A stretch of DNA of 64,000 bases from Methylococcaceae bacterium TMED69 (GTDB lineage: Bacteria; Pseudomonadota; Gammaproteobacteria; Ga0077536): positions 250,190 to 314,189 of the forward strand of contig NHDW01000004.1 of assembly GCA_002170535.1 (NCBI GenBank), read 5' to 3'. The notes beneath the pieces are model-generated. The model worked only from the letters and a program-made list of their open reading frames with translations, made no database searches and was not told the origin of the DNA. Both the position numbers and the translations under genes were made by a program. This document shows positions 61,353 through 64,000 of the stretch, piece after piece; within the stretch, counting starts at the first letter, position 1; each line of letters opens with the position of its first letter.

Positions 61353-62314
61353 ATGGGAGGCTCAATGGATAATTCTTTAATTCGAGTATCAATTGGAATT
61401 CTTAGAATTGGAGATACTGTTTTGATTTCTCAATCAAAAAAAAAATTGCGGGAAAAATAATCTGGGAGTTTCCGGGGGGTAAATGTGAAAAAGATGAAAC
61501 CTCTGAGCAGACTTTACACCGTGAACTCAAGGAGGAATTGGATATTGAGGTGCAAAAAGCGCTACTCATAAAAAGATTTACAACTAATCTGAACGGTTTA
61601 AACTATGATCTAATGGTTTTCTCGGTAGTTAAATGGGTAGGTAAATGTACTGGATTAGAAGGTCAAATTTTGAAATGGGTTTCGATGTCGAAGCTATGTA
61701 ATTTTAATATGCATGAGCCAAATAAAAATATCATCGCTTCTCTAATGTTACCAGATAAAATAATGATTACTCCTTATCTTGATCGGGATTATGACTTTTT
61801 TTTAGAAAAGTTAGACTTATTGAAATTTTATGATATCGAACTGCTGCAATTAAGATTGACTAATAATGAATCCATTAACAAACTAATTAGTAAAGAGATA
61901 AAAAACAATTTTTACAATAAAGTTAAAATCATGATCAATAGCAGTATGAGTGAATTTGATGCAAATTATTTTGATGGGATTCATCTTCCTTTTAACGAGG
62001 CTAAAAAGCTAACTGCAAGGCCAGTAAAAAAAACGTATTTATTTAGTGTGTCCTGTCATAGTCAAGAGGAAATTGAACACGCCAATTTGATTGATGCAGA
62101 TTTCGTGTATCTATCACCAATAAAGAAGACAAAGTCACATCCAAATTCAGATTTCCTAGGTTGGCTTGAGGGCGAAAAAATCGCAGTTACTAGCAAGAAA
62201 CCAGTTTATGCTTTGGGAGGGATGTCCATTGATGATGTGCCTAGCGCAAAAGAAAAAGGTTTTCAAGGAATAGCAGGAATAACAACTTTTTGGGATGTTG
62301 GCTCCAATATCTAG
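61353..62314 (+). pseudogene. mutT: MutT-like Nudix hydrolase fused to a TenI/ThiE-like (thiamine-phosphate synthase superfamily) domain. Interrupted by a +1 frameshift in an A10 run at 61436-61445.
   Basis: The N-terminal frame (61353-61460) reads MGGSMDNSLIRVSIGILRIGDTVLISQSKKK then LREK*. The second frame continues IAGKIIWEFPGGKCEKDETSEQTLHRELKEELDIEV (Nudix box GX5EX7REUXEEXGU) through the track ORF 61538-62314, which ends in a ThiE-like domain (SCHSQEEIEHANLIDADFVYLSPI...VYALGGM). Deleting one A restores a single ~320-aa ORF, as in Pseudomonas PA4400. Confidence 0.6.
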
Positions 62315-62320
62315 TCCGTT

Positions 62321-62923
62321 TTATCTTTCAAATAATCTGATAAATTTTTCATGTAACTTTCCGATATCTCTATTTAATTCTGAAAAGCTATCATTATTTT
62401 GTATTATGTCGGTTGCCATTTCTTTGAGCTCAATTCGACTCGGCTGACTTTTTATAATTTTTTTAACAAGTGGTAATTCCAGTTTGTCTCTAAGAACAGT
62501 GCGCTCAATTCTAATGGACTCCTTGCAATCAATAAACAATACTCGATCGACTAGGGACATTATTGTCGATTCTTTTCTCAAAATTGGAACTGCTATCAAA
62601 CAGTAATGAGAAGTAATCATACGTATCTTTTCTTTAACCAAACGATTGACTATAGGATGAATAATTTTTTCAAGAGTCTTTCTTTTATCTTTATCAAAAA
62701 AAATTATTTTCTTCAACTTCAGTCTATCTAATTCGTCCTTATCATTTAAAATATCTGAGCCAAACCGGCTGATTACTTGTGTTAACCCGCTGCTGCCTTT
62801 GGTAACGGCCTGGCGTGCTAATAGATCAGTGTCTATGGTAGGGATCCCAAAATTTTTTAAAAAAATATTTGAAACAGTGGTTTTTCCGCATCCTATCCCA
62901 CCTGTTAAAGCAATATTTTTCAT
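62321..62923 (-). CDS. coaE: Dephospho-CoA kinase
   Basis: P-loop IALTGGIGCGKTTVSNIF, length 200 aa, and position downstream of pilD as in the pilBCD-coaE arrangement. Confidence 0.9.
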   Translation of the reverse strand: MKNIALTGGIGCGKTTVSNIFLKNFGIPTIDTDLLARQAVTKGSSGLTQVISRFGSDILNDKDELDRLKLKKIIFFDKDKRKTLEKIIHPIVNRLVKEKIRMITSHYCLIAVPILRKESTIMSLVDRVLFIDCKESIRIERTVLRDKLELPLVKKIIKSQPSRIELKEMATDIIQNNDSFSELNRDIGKLHEKFIRLFER

Positions 62924-63843
62924 AATAAGAATTCTTTTATCATTACGAAGTGAGTTCCAAGTATCAAGAATGGACCAAATGCAATTGTCTGTTTATAAGA
63001 ATGCTTATTTAGAGATATCATTAATCCACTTGTCAAAAGCCCTAAAAGCGAGGCTATAAGAAGGACATCCATTATATTTGAAATTCCTACCCACGCACCT
63101 AAAGCTCCAGTAAGCTTAATGTCTCCCCGTCCCAACCCTTCTTTGCCTGAGAAAAACTTATATAACCAAAAAAGAATCCATAAGACAAGAAATCCAATTA
63201 ACCCGCCAAAAATTGACTCATTAATTTCAATATGGCTCGGCTCAAAAGTACAAAAAATAATTCCCAAGAATCCTAGAGGGAAGGTAAGAGCATCTGGTAG
63301 AAGTTTAAATCTACAGTCTATAACAAACATAGCTATTGAGAATAAGAATAATATATTAAAAAAAACTAGATTTAAGATCAGACGTGAGTTAGCGAAATCA
63401 TAGTCGAGTACTATTAGGTACGCGAGCCCCATACTTCCCATCATTGAAATAAACTCAACCGCTGGATAAGTAACCCCTATTGAAGATGAGCATGTTCTGC
63501 ATTTTCCTCTTAGGATCAAATAAGAGATTATAGGAATATTATCAAAGAAACGAATACTTGTTTTACACTTAGGGCAGTATGAGGAAGGAAAAAATACATT
63601 GTATTTTTGTGTGTCATTTGTTGACTTAATTAGGTTACGAATTTTTTTTCTTGCTTTTAGTGGTTCGATACTTCGTGCCAGTCTTATTGTTAGATGTGAT
63701 TTGAAATAATCAAAAATTGTTAAATCATATTCATGTATAATTATTTTCGGTATTCTATAGATAAGTACGTTGATGAAGCTTCCAAAAATAAGACCATAGA
63801 GACCAGAAAAAAATAGAAATTCGAATTTTGTTAAAAACAACAT
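62920..63843 (-). CDS. pilD: Type IV prepilin leader peptidase / N-methyltransferase (A24 family)
   Basis: Tetracysteine zinc motif CPKC...CRTC, an N-terminal FGSFINVLIYRIP, and the DUF1720/A24 C-terminal membrane domain. Confidence 0.9.
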   Translation of the reverse strand: MLFLTKFEFLFFSGLYGLIFGSFINVLIYRIPKIIIHEYDLTIFDYFKSHLTIRLARSIEPLKARKKIRNLIKSTNDTQKYNVFFPSSYCPKCKTSIRFFDNIPIISYLILRGKCRTCSSSIGVTYPAVEFISMMGSMGLAYLIVLDYDFANSRLILNLVFFNILFLFSIAMFVIDCRFKLLPDALTFPLGFLGIIFCTFEPSHIEINESIFGGLIGFLVLWILFWLYKFFSGKEGLGRGDIKLTGALGAWVGISNIMDVLLIASLLGLLTSGLMISLNKHSYKQTIAFGPFLILGTHFVMIKEFLL

Positions 63844-63871
63844 CGTTTTTATAGATTATATTTATCGAAAT

Positions 63872-64000
63872 TTAAACTACTTGTCCCATTTTAAATATTG
63901 GTAGATACATTGCAATTACTAAACCGCCGATTATTACTCCCAATACAGACATAATTAATGGTTCAAGGAGGCTGGTTAGAGTATCCACAGCATCATCTAC
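63872..64000 (-). CDS. pilC: Type IV pilus assembly platform protein PilC (GspF family). C-terminal fragment; the gene continues beyond the window end.
   Basis: Reverse translation ...VDDAVDTLTSLLEPLIMSVLGVIIGGLVIAMYLPIFKMGQVV* matches the conserved GspF/PilC C-terminus (MYLPIFKLG). TAA stop at 63872-63874. Confidence 0.8.
   Translation of the reverse strand, partial: VDDAVDTLTSLLEPLIMSVLGVIIGGLVIAMYLPIFKMGQVV

Overview
This is an AT-rich (~35-38% GC), gene-dense chromosomal segment from a gammaproteobacterium. From about 24.9 kb onward the gene order closely follows the Pseudomonas PA4400-PA4460 region. I found no mobile elements, CRISPR arrays, phage genes or recognisable defence systems. 

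Read left to right, the window contains:
- A glutamine-synthetase-family gene (partial, minus strand) beside a sarcosine-oxidase-beta-like FAD oxidoreductase.
- msrB, gshA, trpE, and a sodium:solute symporter with an unlisted small-subunit ORF.
- A CoxD/MoxR-like AAA ATPase paired with a CoxE-like VWA protein.
- An M16C PreP-like metalloprotease, an APH-family kinase, and two convergent luciferase-like (LLM) oxidoreductases.
- trpS, tRNA-Leu(CAA), queA, tgt, yajC-secD-secF, pdxB, purT.
- mlaC-ibaG-murA-hisGDC directly followed by petABC, then sspAB and dolP-diaA-lpoA(short)/rsmI.
- rnpB (RNase P RNA).
- A complete dcw cluster: mraZ, rsmH, ftsL, ftsI, murE, murF, mraY, murD, ftsW, murG, murC, murB, ddl, ftsQ, ftsA, ftsZ, lpxC.
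- A DUF721/DciA-like gene, an M23 peptidase, secA, argJ, a frameshifted mutT-ThiE-like fusion, coaE, pilD and partial pilC.

The most notable observations are:
- An A10 homopolymer that frameshifts a MutT(Nudix)-TenI/ThiE-like fusion gene.
- A near-consensus sigma70 promoter followed by three 10-bp-phased TGGTG/TGGTT direct repeats upstream of mraZ, the MraZ operator architecture.
- An unlisted 58-codon small-membrane-protein ORF translationally coupled to the symporter.
- A poorly characterised CoxD/CoxE-PreP-kinase-LLM island at 7.4-16 kb.
- Streamlining deletions relative to Pseudomonas: no yraN, mlaFED/mlaB or secM; a short LpoA; SecA without its zinc finger.

I did not find a clearly novel multi-gene system. 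The 7.4-16 kb island is the only candidate and it remains functionally undefined.
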